This document shows, in pieces, positions 1 through 12,699 of a stretch of DNA of 64,000 nucleotides (positions are counted from its first letter, which is position 1; each line of letters starts with the position of its first letter). Origin of the DNA: Paraphysomonas bandaiensis. Taxonomy: Eukaryota > Protista > Chrysophyceae. The translations under genes were made by a program, and so were the position numbers. Under the pieces are notes generated by a model that was given only the letters and a program-made list of their open reading frames with translations, was not told the origin of the DNA and made no database searches. Where the stretch lies: the NCBI GenBank assembly GCA_965644295.1, contig CBFFRP010000375.1:28611-92610 (forward strand), written 5' to 3'.

Positions 1-602
1 CGTCACCGCAAGCACCAAGGTGCAACCACTTTGGTTCTATCACTCAAAGCAAGCGCAGTGAGCAAACAGAATGTTGATATACCTGACATCTGCTGACTTC
101 AGGATTTTGAGTCCTTAAGTGAGTGTGAGAGCTGTCCACGGATATGTAGTTCTTCAGTGTCAAGGTGTGAAGGAAATACGTATGCAATTCACTGCGAGTA
201 CAGTTTCATGTCACGATTGTGGCAGCTATATTCCAATAGTGTTCATTGTTCATTCATCGTTGCTGCTGATAATTTCTATGCGTCTGTTGCTAGTTGCTAT
301 GTATAAGTATACTTCATGCTGAAATATTAATAAGTACGTGAGTTTTTTGGTGTTGTAGGCGTTTAATTGATTATATACTTAATTATTCATAGTAGATTAT
401 TGAAGGTAATGCTTTGAATCTTAGGACTCCCATGATTTCGTAATGTTTATTCATGGAAGCTACTGTATATTGTAATAAACTATTTACTGGCACTGGGTGA
501 GTTTCTTATCATGGTACTATAACTTCGTAATATTGGTGAATAGCTGCTTTGATATACATGGAATCTCATGCTTCGTACTTCACGCTCGTGTTAGTTCTTT
601 GC
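1..602. repeat. Left arm of a ~600-bp inverted repeat (partner 2728..3325); may extend left of the window
   Basis: 1..602 is the reverse complement of 2728..3325 with scattered SNPs and small indels; mirrored ORFs 119..322(+) and 3000..3203(-). Confidence 0.93.
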
Positions 603-1440
603 AAATACGTAATTTTCTTACTATATAGATAACTTACGTCTGCGTCGTGGGTATCATCGTGAAATCTTTCCACTCTTAGTAGATTAATTGTCGATACATA
701 CCTTGTATATATTTGGCAATTTAGAGCTATCCTGGAGCATGATACTCTAATAGACAGAAAAGAACTGCTCACACTTCTGTCTGTTCTTGGAGTGGAAGGA
801 AGGAGAACTTACATATATCTTTGAGTTTTTATTTATTCTTTTAGATAATCTCAATCTTATGAGTCTCATCAGATTACATATCATTTCAGTCAGGTCAGTG
901 GGCCTCCTAATTTTAAACTCTCATGGTACCCCTTAGAGATAGTATAAAATATGGAGCAATATATGTGTGTTTCACTTACAGCAGACGTGAACTGTAACCT
1001 AAAATATATTCAGGTAATGAGTGCATACTGTGATGATGTAGTATGTTTACCGCTGGCTCATTCTCACGAATATGGATCTGATTACCCTCCCTGTGCTTAA
1101 GTATAACGTTGAAACATATCTATGTATGATTCTTCTTATGTGTCATCTAATGTTTGATGTGTCGGTATGGAGTTGTGGATGGCAAAACTAACTCCTTGTG
1201 CATGCATCATCTTGTAAACCACCATGTCGGATATATATGTCCATATGTCCACACTCTGACATACTCCTGCTGTATTGTGTTGGTGGTGTCCATCATATCA
1301 GTGCTCCTAAAAGCGCAGGATTAGTCAAAATTCATAGGATTTCGGAATCAACAGTCTCAAAATAACGATATTTCTGAAAAACTCCTCTCAAACTCCACTC
1401 ATTTCGGTGTTTGTCCAATAAAAGTAATAAAAAAAGGAAA

Positions 1441-1514
1441 TGCTCAATCGGGGGCTCGAACCCAGGACCTTAGGTTTATTAGACCTACGCTCTGACCAAC
1501 TGAGCTAATCGAGC
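1441..1514 (-). tRNA. tRNA-Ile (anticodon AAT)
   Basis: 74-nt cloverleaf GCTCGAT...ATTGAGC-A, D arm AGCTCAGTTGGTCAGAGC, anticodon arm TAGGT-CT-AAT-AA-ACCTA, T loop GGTTCGA; oligo-T Pol III terminator follows; identical to 5513..5586. Confidence 0.96.
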
Positions 1515-2727
1515 ACTTGTTGATATTAAACTCATAAAAAATAATAAATATAATATCATATGTAATGAATGCAAAGTCCCCCATTTCCACACTAATGACA
1601 CACTCAATTTACACTGCATCAGACACACATATCACACTCATATGCTCGATCATTGATATATGCCACTCAAACACGCTGGGTTATCAATAGAACATGCTAT
1701 TTGGAGGTGCAGAGTCCAACTTTCACAAGTTTTGGTGGAAATTCGATTCTAATATTGCAAATATTATCCAGCATCAAAATTCACAGTTATGGAGAGCTCC
1801 TGAACTCATTGTGAGGTACATAGCAGAGACCAGTTGCTGAAAACAATTTTATGATATCTAAGATGATATTTTGAATTCTGATTTTGGATTCATTGATAAA
1901 CGGTCGAGAAATATGCACATGTCGTCCTAGGAGGATCTGTCCCAAATGGCACCCTCCTTGTTGCATTTAATGATCGAATATGCCCCCTAATTCAAGTACT
2001 TAGTGATATGAAATCTTGATACTGAGTTTCAGTTTTTATTTCGTTGGAATTATGTTCTTTCATAGCTCTATGTTGTACAGACAACCGTGGCCCCAACCTT
2101 CCAACTACTAGTGTTGTCCTATTTTGCAAGTGAATTCAATCTCAACGACTGTTTATGATACTGTTTTGATTAATGGAAGTATGCTTTGATGAAGTATTAG
2201 GGCCGTAATTGATGGAATTGCTGCTTTGCAGATGCAATATAATATGCACATATGTCACTGGTGACACATTGTGTATGATATGATGTCAACACTACCCAAT
2301 CAAATTTAATGTTTGTAGTGAGTTATTATAACTAATTTAACTTCTTTTCCTTGTTCAAGTTATTATACCCTTCATTGTTGGTCTGAATTTGCGATAATAA
2401 ATAGATCGTCTGAAAATGGAAGGCAACATTCGACTTGTAGAATACGTGACCCATTTATTATCCATCCTTAAATCATGCAATAAGCTACTGTGATTTACGA
2501 TGCTAAGGACTACTACTACGCAGTTACATATTATCTCGGATAACTTCAACCAAATCCTATAACCTATATATACTATTGTTTTCCTCACCGATTAGCTGAT
2601 CACTTACGGTGCAAAACTAATCATCTTGCTGTGACCATAATATATTGTATGCGACACCGAGTTAATTACTCAATTGTGATATATATACTACTGGGCGTCC
2701 CCCTGATTAACCGCACCCATTTTAATA

Positions 2728-3325
2728 GCAAAGAACTAACACGAGCGTGAAGTACGAAGCATGAGATTCCATGTATATCAAAGCAGCTATTCACCAATAT
2801 TACGAAGTTATAGTACCATGATAAGAAACTCACCCAGTGCCAGTAAATAGTTTATTACAATATACAGTAGCTTCCATGAATAAACATCACGATATCATGG
2901 GAGTCCTAAGCATTACCTTCAATAATCTACTACGAATAATTAAGTATATAATCAATTAAACGCCTACAACACCAAAAAACTCACGTACTTATTAATATGT
3001 CAGCATGAAGTATACTTATACATAGCAACTAGCAACAGACGCAAAGAAATTATCAGCAGCAACGATGAATGAACAATGAACACTATTGGAATATAGCCAC
3101 CGCAATCGTGACATGAAGCTGTACTCGCAGTGAATTGCATACGTATTTCCTTCACACCTTGACGCTGAAGAACTACATATCCGTGGACAGCTCTCACACT
3201 CACTTAAGGACTCAAAATCCTGAAGTCAGCAGATGTCAGGTATATCAACATCCTGCCTGCTCACGTGTGCTTTGAGTGATAGAGCCAAAGTGGTTGCACC
3301 TTGGTGCTTGCGGCTTGCGGTGACG
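2728..3325. repeat. Right arm of the inverted repeat (partner 1..602); probably TE/LTR-derived
   Basis: Reverse complement of 1..602; its end motif TGGTTGCACC-tt-GGTGCTTGC...CACAAGCAG recurs diverged at ~16037..16073. Confidence 0.9.
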
Positions 3326-3999
3326 CACAAGCAGCTTTCGTAGCGCTAAATATTAAGATATTAGAGTTAAGCACTAGTGTTCAATTGATTTGCGGCATTA
3401 ATTCTGACTCTTACACGCCTATTGCTAATAATCAGGCATTCACTTCTACTAAATAAATTTTGAAATAAGGGAGTATTATCAAATAACGCTACAATACATA
3501 TAAGTAATTTAAATACAAGTAATTATTACATAAAAAGTCGTAATTGAGCGATACAACTACAAACAAAATAAGATAGCAAATATAAAAAGTTTGATATTCA
3601 ATAGTATATGCGCTAGAATTGATCCAAATTGTTGAGACGATATCTTATCCATTTTTGAAAGTCCTCCATTGTTTAGTATAATCAGCGCTGCTCTACACTT
3701 GGTCACACGCTCACATTGAGGTAAAGATAGAAGCGGGATATGAATGTGTCTGTGAGGTCCACCACCATTGATTCCTTTTATAGAAAATTATTTTGGTTTC
3801 ACCCTTGTTTTCTACGAAGCGCCGCACATTAGGTACGCCTCTGGATTGATCGAATCGGTTGATGTGATTTTAGTATGATACATATCATACTAAATGTGGG
3901 TGTGCACATACATATCATAATGGTTCAGATTGCATAGATATATGTATAGAGATTAATATGACGAGAGAGCGACACAACCATATGCAGCATAATTACATT

Positions 4000-4600
4000 A
4001 CTGAGTGATTGAATGCTAGGTAATAACTTGAACTGTGAGACATGTAGTTAGTTGTTAAGGTTTACTACATGTAAGATTCCATATATAGTAATGGCAAAGG
4101 GCTGTATATTATGGTTTGATACGGTATGATATGATATATGAATATGGTGGTATACAGAATGGTGTATGATGTTACCGGATGATGAATGCATGATTTATAC
4201 TATATGATGTACAAGATGATGCACGATGTGGCTGATCATAGTTATTATATATTATATATTGATATGTCGATACAGCTATATGGAGCGAACACGCACGCAT
4301 TAGTGAATGCCAGGTAATAACATGTTCCTATCGTCTTACTTGATGAACTGCAGAAAGTGCATAATATTTCACATTTGCGGTGAGCATTGCATGTATATCT
4401 ACATATATTCGAAGGTGCAGGAATATAAGGCTGTGTTATAGAGTGGCGTACAGTATGGTGTTGTACTATGTTGTGTGATGGTGTATGTTATAATTAGTAA
4501 CTTGTACGATGTGACTACGTATTATTTGTAAGATATGATATATAAGATGATTCAGGATGTGGTAGATTATTATTACATAGAATATACATCCTATGACGTG
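4000..4600. repeat. Old, diverged ~300-330-bp tandem duplication (LTR-like AT-rich DNA)
   Basis: Paired motifs GAATGCTAGGTAATAAC (~4011) / GAATGCCAGGTAATAAC (~4305) and AAGATGATGCACGATGTGG (~4213) / AAGATGATTCAGGATGTGG (~4544). Confidence 0.45.
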
Positions 4601-5512
4601 TTCGACTTGTTGAAGTGAAGTAGAGATGCCCAATGACATCAATATAAACACCCTAGTAAATAGACTGAATCTACTGTAGTCATGAGAACTAAAAATCTAT
4701 CAATACTTTTAAAGTAACAATCAGTATGTCAAATATATAAAGTAGCAGTGTGCAACATGAAATGTTAACATACAAGAAATTAATTCAGTGAATACCATTA
4801 CATGATATGATATAACTGTCATATACGCAGTTGCAGCATTAACACATCATCCACACAGCATATAATAATCTACTAAGCAGTGATAGACCAACATTACGAT
4901 ACATTCATGTCCATTGAACAACGAACAGGAAAGTCCTGCCATTACCCATAACGAGGTTTACTCGAGTTATATGCTCATGTCCTGGAGTTAAGCCTTCCCT
5001 CCCTCTCAATGCCAAATAAAAAGGTACCAGACAGCCGGTTCCGTTATTGCACTTACTTCATAAGAAGAGACCCAGGAATGACGTCATATTCATAGAATGA
5101 GACGCCTCTTCATTGATAGTCATATATAGGTCCGTTGCATACTCAAGTGTAACCCATGTGTGCAGTCTCGTCTACCCACAGCATAACATCTCAATTAGCC
5201 GCATTTCTTTTATAGATAAGACAGCAGAGGTGTGCAACTCCGTGCTAGTTATTATATGATAATGTATATATGTATACATAGCAGCTCTGTCTCAGTTAAA
5301 ACGTATGAGCTGCTATGGATTGCTCATGAGATATAGTAGACATGTCTACCGGCAGTCGATCTGCAGTTCAATCCTCAGCTGTGTCTCTTCCAGCGCATTA
5401 ATTCTTATACACATCCAGTCATCAAGTAAGAGTTATGTTATTCATATCCATACCTGTGAATTAATTTATGATATTATATTTATTATTTTTTATGAGTTTA
5501 ATATCGACAAGT

Positions 5513-5586
5513 GCTCGATTAGCTCAGTTGGTCAGAGCGTAGGTCTAATAAACCTAAGGTCCTGGGTTCGAGCCCCCGATTGAGCA
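5513..5586 (+). tRNA. tRNA-Ile (anticodon AAT)
   Basis: Same cloverleaf as 1441..1514; T7 run at 5592..5598 fits a Pol III terminator. Confidence 0.96.
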
Positions 5587-5657
5587 TTTCCTTTTTTTGT
5601 CCATTCATCTTTTTTTTTTCTGGATGTATATGGACAACAGTGTATGTCGATATACCC

Positions 5658-5723
5658 TATAGTAACCCCGTACAGTAACCCGTATAGTAACCCCGTACAG
5701 TAACCCGTATAGTATACCCGTAT
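5658..5723. repeat. Minisatellite, ~5 copies of 12-13 bp TA(C/T)AGTAACCC(C)G
   Basis: TATAGTAACCCCG TACAGTAACCCG TATAGTAACCCCG TACAGTAACCCG TATAGTATACCCG read directly. Confidence 0.85.
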
Positions 5724-5936
5724 GTCGAATAATCTCTGAAAGTAATTGGATGGTGGAAACTTGAGTTAACGAATTCTATACCACAGAATAAACATTGAAG
5801 TTCAATTGCAACAATAGGACAGACAGATCGACCGCTCATCACAATCACTCTCAGTATATACATACACACATATATTATAAAATTCTTATTAAAGTATTGT
5901 TCTAATTAATTTATATTAATTACAATTAATTAAGAT

Positions 5937-6659
5937 ATGGAAAGCACAACTATTGAAGAGAGAAGACTACAGGAAGAAGTAATGAATTTGGCATTAAACC
6001 GTGGTGGAGCAGCCTCTGTAGCAGCATTTCTTGGTACAGGCATAGGTGTCTATGTCGCCCATATGAAACATGCTGGATTTCGCAAGAATTTTGGTGTGAG
6101 TGGAAAATCAGCTTTGCCAATCATGGCTGCACTGTTTGCTGGCTCTTTAGTGACTGAGTTGTATATGTTTGATGCTAAACGTAATCCGGAAGAATACGGT
6201 CTGCGTCCTTATGCTAATGGTGCTTCTCCCGCTCCCAAGAAGTACACTGCTCCTCTACATCACAAGATATTCAACGGAATTCACGACAAACCTTTCTACT
6301 TTGTAACAGCTGCTGGAATACCTCTGGCTGGCAAGATATTGATGGATAGACTTAACAAGCCTCACTTGTCACTGTCCCAGGCGATATTGCAGTCTCGTGT
6401 GGTACGTGCAATATGTGCTTCTGAATATTGCAATATGTATTTAGTATTGCTGTAATTGTGTTCTATTTTTTTCCTTCGAGATCTATGATTTCGTTCGTGC
6501 TTGTGTCACCTTGCATTATACGCATTCGCTTCACTTGTTTTATTCATGTACTAATTATTTATATAGATGGCTCAGTTCGGAGTATTGAGTATTGTCCTAA
6601 CGACTATGTACACAAGATATTACGTAGCCAAAAATGGTCGTTTTCCTGATGACGAATAG
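5937..6659 (+). CDS. HIG1-domain / Rcf2-like mitochondrial membrane protein; join(5937..6401,6567..6659)
   Basis: Several TM segments; the HIG1-type motif SQAILQSRV-MAQ is rebuilt across a GTACGT...TACTAAT...AG intron (6402..6566); TAG at 6657..6659. Confidence 0.72.
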
Positions 6660-7717
6660 AGATGAGCAGCCTACCGTCGCCTAACGTCATCTTGCAGGGT
6701 TATGCTCACAGAGAAACATCCTGTAGAGTAGAGAGTATTTTCATGTAGGTTAAGGTGGATACATATATCAGTATTGCTTTTGTCTCCTGAAGAACTCTGT
6801 TTACATATGTAGTATACGAAGTCTTATATAGGTAGCAGTCTTACAGCTTAGTGCTAAGTGATTAAAGATACACATACCAGTTTCGACCACATCGGCGGCT
6901 GTTATAGTGTAATAATCTAGAAAAAAGGAAATAATATGTGTCTATCGGGTCCCATTTTAGGAACCACGAAGCATGTCCGTGTGTAGAGTGTAGAGAGACG
7001 GTCAACACACAAAACGAGGAAATTATTTTCAATGTAACAACTTAGACTAACTCAACATTACATATGATCCGACATTCACTGCAAATAATTTATTGTTTTT
7101 CAATTATATTCTTACATTCATACGCACACAGCATACGCATCTGCTATGCTTAAGTTCTTGTTCGGAGATACACCATTACGAGTAAGAAAATATAGAGCTA
7201 GAGTATACTAGAGATACTGCACAATTTGTCCAGGGTCTATTCATCCCGTTACTAATAACTAAACGGCAACAGCATTGATGCCAAATGAATAGAACGAGTT
7301 GTATTGCTTTCTATTCATTGTCTACATTACCATTCTTTTCATAATATTTTAGTAAAGTTGCTTGCAACACACCACATAAATTTTAAACTCAAAGTGTAAA
7401 TCTGTCTTGAAACAATGCAGGTTGGTTACTAATAAAGAAAACTATTCACAATAAGTAAATGATAAGTATAGTCATAAAAAGATTTACTTTTACATACATA
7501 AAAGACTGTCGTAATTTATATATACAAGTCTTTCCAATTAGAATATGATAAAGTAGTTAAAGAACTAAACTAAAAAGAACACGACAAGACGTGTCGAAGT
7601 ATATATATTCCCCTCAGTACTATCTTAAATGGAACTAATACGTAGTTTCTGTATTTTCGTGTTGTTATACACACAAGGTCGATCATACTCGCTCATATCA
7701 AATAAACATCTCCACAG

Positions 7718-8747
7718 TTACATATGCTGCTTTAGGGTGCTACCATTATGGCAGGAATCAAACCTCAGTCTCAGCTGCTCCATAATCAGGAATGTTATCA
7801 TTATATTCGGTCCTATTCTGAGATAAGTCATCCAGAAACCCGACCAGAGCACCAATACTCCCTCTTTGCGAACACTTTCTGTTATACAATGCAACATTCC
7901 CCTGTATACAGGTAGAGAAGGAGAGACGGAGGGGGATATACCGGCAGATGCATAGGCAACGGCGGTGCTTGGTGATAGTTGAGACATCATCCTGCTCTTA
8001 GCGAAATCAAATGGGGTAGAGACCGCCGCGCTAATCAAACCAGATATGAGAGAGGAGGTAAAATGTAGATATATATTATCTTGGAATGGATTCGGAAGAG
8101 AGAGTAGAGTCTCCTTGGCATGGTCATATGTGGACAGCTCAACTGCAGCTAGAGCCGTTGCACGCAATGCTGACGGTAAAACCCCTACATACAGTCCTGC
8201 GATTCCCTCTTGTCGCCATATTGTCTCCAGCGCCACTTTAACACTACTGTGTACTGCCGGTCCCCCAGCCTGCATTCGCACCTTGACCAAGTCCAGGGGT
8301 GTGATAAGCGCTGCTGTCAGACATCCACATAAACTCCCAGAGAACACCTTCTTCCACATAGGGAGAAGCTTCTCGTCTTCACTTCCCATCATCTTCTTTA
8401 TTGGAGCATAAAGGGCTGAATATGAAACTCACGACAACATAACATACACGTTTTTCTTCTCACCATATCTGATTCCGCCGTAAATACCCCTCATAAAGGC
8501 AGGTGTTATACCCCAGTACAAGGCCTGAAAGCCATTGCTTCGAACCAAGTTGACTAAGGTGGAAACTGGTGACGCATTAGATGCTCCTTGGATCTGGAGT
8601 CTTACTTTAATCGTGTCAATCGGATGTGTACACGAAGCGGCCACGGCCGATGCAACAGCAGCGAAGCCCTGAAAGTACCTTTACTGATGATAAATCCATA
8701 TATTTCACAAAGAATACCAGTCTTTTAGAGGCACTGTTGGATTCCAT
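7718..8747 (-). CDS. Mitochondrial carrier (SLC25; UCP/dicarboxylate/oxoglutarate-like), 3 exons
   Basis: Three PxDxxKxR signatures (HPIDTIKVR, TPLDLVKVR, TPFDFAKSR); exon 1 MESNSASKRL at 8747..8718; short GT-AG introns at ~8717..8670 and ~8463..8416. Confidence 0.92.
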
Positions 8748-9365
8748 AGCTAGCTATAACTGCCTTAATGACAATTCACGTTTCACTAATGCAAGAAAAA
8801 CGCTGTGACTTATTCTCATAAGCAGAGGTGAAATCCAATTTCACTTTTGCTGTTTATAGATATTAAACGATAGTTGAATAGCCACACATGAACAGTGACA
8901 AGTTCTACTTATACTGAAACATGTGTTCACTGTTTCAAGTATGGTATTACTGTGAAATCCAAACAACGCATATGCTTATAATAACGACTCCAATACTGCT
9001 ATATGCTGCATATGATGCATGAAATTTTGAGAAGAAGAAGTAGCAGAATATTCCCGCTGTTCTGCTCCCACACTTCCACACTTCCAACGGATCTCTACAA
9101 TGAAATTCCCATATATGTATACTCTGTACTCTGATATATACAGCAGTACATGTACGTACAAGACATACCTACGTACCTTTGTACGTACAACAGTACGTAC
9201 ATATGTATGTTCATAGTACTGTACTGCTGTATGTATCTTTTGTTATATTACAAGTGCAGAGTATGCATGTATTTGCCCACTCACACGACATTCTTGGAGC
9301 CTCGACTGCTATATATATACAAGACAAGACACTTCCCCTCCAATTATTACCTTTTCATCCACATC

Positions 9366-10799
9366 ATGTTTCTTATCATGTCTCTATTTTTCTGCTTTGG
9401 TCATACCGTTCAATCGTTAGATTTTATTCAACTGCGCTCTCAAGTGACTCAGCAATACATAACTGTGTATTGGCCTGATGGTGTCGTACATGTAGACTCC
9501 GTCCCCTACACCCATGCATCAACCTTTGAACTCCATAAGGTGTCTGGTACTGATAATCAAGTACAGTTGAGAGCAGTGAAGAACAATATGTTTCTAGTGG
9601 CTGAGGGCGGAGGGGGGAGTATATGTATGGCCAATCGAAGTGATGCATCAGGATGGGAAACATTTAATATCAATATTTTGTCTGATAATCGCATTCAATT
9701 GCAGAGTTTTTCTGGAAATTGGTTAGGAATCGATGGCACGAATGAGTCGACACTACTTGCCTCTGCAACGACGCCAAGCAAATATGAGACTTTCATCATT
9801 GAGTATATCCCTCAACAACGGGGTGTTAATTTAGGAAGTTGGTTTGTTCCTGAGAAATGGATGTTTTCTGCTTCATCTCAACTATGGGAAGGTGCACAGG
9901 CTTCTGATTACTACTCTCTATGCATAGAGCTTGGCCCTGAAGAAATTGCTCGACGAATGGAAATACATTGGAGTACGTGGTTTACTGAGACAGATATCCA
10001 GGCAATGTCTAATAATGGGGTAAATCACCTACGTATACCCATTGGATATTGGGATATGGAGCAAAATTACCCTTATGTGTACGGTGGCATAACGTATATT
10101 GATCAAGCAATAGTGTGGGCCGAGAAGTATGGGATGACGGTACTTATTGACCTTCACGGTGCCCCTGGAAGTCAAAATGGCCAGGATCATTCCGGTCATG
10201 CAGGAGAGATTAATTGGTCAGATCCCTCAAATGTGGCATACACTGTACAGATTTTGGATAAAATGGCAGCACGTTGGGCGAGTATTCCCAATGTTTGGGG
10301 ATTTGAGCTACTAAATGAACCGCACTATTCGTTGTCTCATGAGCTCCTCACGGATTTTTATCGGGATTCCTATGAAGTCATTCGTACACACTCAAGTTCT
10401 ACACATATTGTGATAAATTCTCTGTATGGTCCACATGATTGGACCGCCTCGGTATTTCCTGAACCACAATATCGGAACGCAATCTTGGATTTGCACCTCT
10501 ACACTGTCTGGTCTGGGCTATCCTCTCCAGAGGAACATTATGCACTAGCTGAACAATGGGGAGCTGATATTAGAGCGCTTACTCCGTATTATCCGATCAT
10601 TATTGGAGAAATGAGTCTGGCAACCGCTATTAATCCGTACACCGCGGATGAGAGGCAAATATTTGCTGACAGCGAAATGGTGTCATTTCGAGATAACGCC
10701 TTTGGATTCATATTCTGGAGTGATAAGCTCGAGTATGTGAGCGAAGATTGGGCTCTTGTCGATGGATTTTCCTACGTCAAACAATATTACGACAAATAA
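9366..10799 (+). CDS. Secreted GH5 exo-beta-1,3-glucanase-like protein with N-terminal fascin-like beta-trefoil
   Basis: Likely signal peptide from ATG 9366; fascin-type repeats (FLVAEGGG...ANR...WETF); GH5 motifs RGVNLGSW, LRIPIGYW, IDLHGAPGSQNG, LLNEP, IGE; intronless. Confidence 0.9.
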   Translation: MFLIMSLFFCFGHTVQSLDFIQLRSQVTQQYITVYWPDGVVHVDSVPYTHASTFELHKVSGTDNQVQLRAVKNNMFLVAEGGGGSICMANRSDASGWETFNINILSDNRIQLQSFSGNWLGIDGTNESTLLASATTPSKYETFIIEYIPQQRGVNLGSWFVPEKWMFSASSQLWEGAQASDYYSLCIELGPEEIARRMEIHWSTWFTETDIQAMSNNGVNHLRIPIGYWDMEQNYPYVYGGITYIDQAIVWAEKYGMTVLIDLHGAPGSQNGQDHSGHAGEINWSDPSNVAYTVQILDKMAARWASIPNVWGFELLNEPHYSLSHELLTDFYRDSYEVIRTHSSSTHIVINSLYGPHDWTASVFPEPQYRNAILDLHLYTVWSGLSSPEEHYALAEQWGADIRALTPYYPIIIGEMSLATAINPYTADERQIFADSEMVSFRDNAFGFIFWSDKLEYVSEDWALVDGFSYVKQYYDK

Positions 10800-11384
10800 A
10801 CAGCGCTATTTTATTTGTCTGTATGTTTAATTTGAAAATTTAAATGCTTCGGTCCAAAATTAGTTTGGTCTATTGCGATGTTTTGAAAACACTAGTTTGT
10901 CGAGTATATGGTATCAATTACTGCATATCACTACATTGCAGAAACATTAACTTTTAATCATAATAAATGGAGAAACTTTTGTATCCGATATAAGAAAGAC
11001 TGTTTGTTTAAGATATGTAACAAACTGGGCTAAGAGGTATACAAATCTCTTCACTGAATTATTTCCAAAACGTAAATAGTGCATTGTAGTGACAACAAAC
11101 TTGAGTAATCATACCCCAATCATGCTCGTTACTGCATGACATAATACTGTGTCTGCCGTAAATAACTACGTTGTTCACGAACATAAGGAATGCTAAGAAT
11201 GACGCTCTATTTTCCTCAAATCAATTTCTGAGCTTTGATATTGTTGTTACGTTGCTTGAATACCTGTGCTTCATTTCTACTCTAAAAAAAATTATTCTGA
11301 TATTCGTTATTGTAATTTTTCTAAATTACTATATCAGTTGACGGTAGTCATACAAAAAGAAATATTCACTCTTCATTACACAGA

Positions 11385-12416
11385 CTAACATACAGTAAGT
11401 TTCCACAACACAACATCAGCTTGAGAAATAACTTTAGCACATTGAAATCCTTCAATCGAATTGACATCAACAGATCCCCTTGCATCACTTCCTCGTATCT
11501 TCTGGGCAATAAATATCACAGTATGCTGCGGTCGCGCAAGTGCCCTGATGACATGAAACAAGTTTGTGGCAATGGCGGGTTCATAGAGCACATCAGCCGC
11601 AACTATGACGTCTGCATATCCTGACCCCATTTCTGACTGAAACCTACACAGACTAGTTTCAGATTTCCAATCCAGCTCATGAGCGGACACTATGGTGTCA
11701 CTCAGATCGTTAAGAAGTAAATTTTCACGTGACAGTGGCACTTGCATACTTAAATCAGTACAATATACGTGGGAAAATAGCTGCGATTTTGCTAACAAGA
11801 TACTAGCCAGCGCACAGCCTGCACCGAGCTCAACAGCAATCCATCCTTCATGTCTACTATTACCTAACGCAGCTACACATTTCGATAAAACATTATCGAT
11901 GTGTCGACAAAACACCACACAACTATCCCATAAATGAGATCCCATTGTAATTCCTCTATCCTCCTTCACCAAAAGTGATACCGGCTTTCCTTCTATTTTC
12001 ACATTCAATGGACGATATGTAGTGCAAAGGATATTGAAATTCGGAGGAGGACATTCATCATATATTGTAATTACATCGGTCAGTAGAGGGAGTATAACAC
12101 AGCATTCAGGATATAATCGTCCATATATAAACAACTTATAGCTTCCAATAACCTCAGGCGGTCTCAACACTATATGACACACATCACCTTTTACAACAGC
12201 ACTCTCTATATAATCAATATGTGTATCTATATTATCTATACTTTCATGAGGTGTGATAAAATAAGCCCCAAGAGTGCAGTCTTTGATTAATCCAGACACC
12301 AATCCACTAAACTCTGAGCTTAAAGATACTGAAAACTTTAATGATTTACTATGTATGTAATCTTTAATACATCGATGAAAAACAATTCGTACCACATTAT
12401 CATTCGGATAGTTCAT
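11385..12416 (-). CDS. METTL21/EEF1AKMT-family protein lysine methyltransferase
   Basis: Motifs GSHLWDS, VELGAGCAL, TDL, LDW, DVIVAADVLY; start placed at MNYPND (12416), uncertain. Confidence 0.82.
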   Translation of the reverse strand: MNYPNDNVVRIVFHRCIKDYIHSKSLKFSVSLSSEFSGLVSGLIKDCTLGAYFITPHESIDNIDTHIDYIESAVVKGDVCHIVLRPPEVIGSYKLFIYGRLYPECCVILPLLTDVITIYDECPPPNFNILCTTYRPLNVKIEGKPVSLLVKEDRGITMGSHLWDSCVVFCRHIDNVLSKCVAALGNSRHEGWIAVELGAGCALASILLAKSQLFSHVYCTDLSMQVPLSRENLLLNDLSDTIVSAHELDWKSETSLCRFQSEMGSGYADVIVAADVLYEPAIATNLFHVIRALARPQHTVIFIAQKIRGSDARGSVDVNSIEGFQCAKVISQADVVLWKLTVC

Positions 12417-12699
12417 TGGTACAGAAGATGTAGATGGTTTGATATATGGATGTGGATATGTAGACAGAGCACATGCACAGAGACACATGCAGAGCACATG
12501 CATACCTACCAACCTACAAACTACTACAGAGTACCTACGCTGTGTATGGATAGTATACCTATACGGTATACTCGATATACGTCTGTATTGTGTTGCTATA
12601 TATATAAGCACTGAAGCAACCTTCTCTCACATGTATGTTATCGCAGCATTATATTTCCATGTATTCCGAGGCTTTCCGTCTTTAACTCTGGATGTGTTT

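Noticed and set aside
845-880. Hammerhead core (CTGATGAG on the minus strand)
   Set aside because: No GAAA after stem II and no closing stems.
119-3203. Mirrored 67-aa ORFs as real genes
   Set aside because: GTG starts, no recognisable motifs; a by-product of the inverted repeat.
4880-5250. Copia RT/RNase H remnant on the minus strand (MTSFLG, HITRVN)
   Set aside because: Plausible but too decayed to delimit by eye.
9100-9365. Long N-terminal extension of the GH5 ORF, or a GTAC regulatory array
   Set aside because: Low-complexity TAC/GTAC-rich upstream DNA; a signal-peptide-like start lies at 9366.
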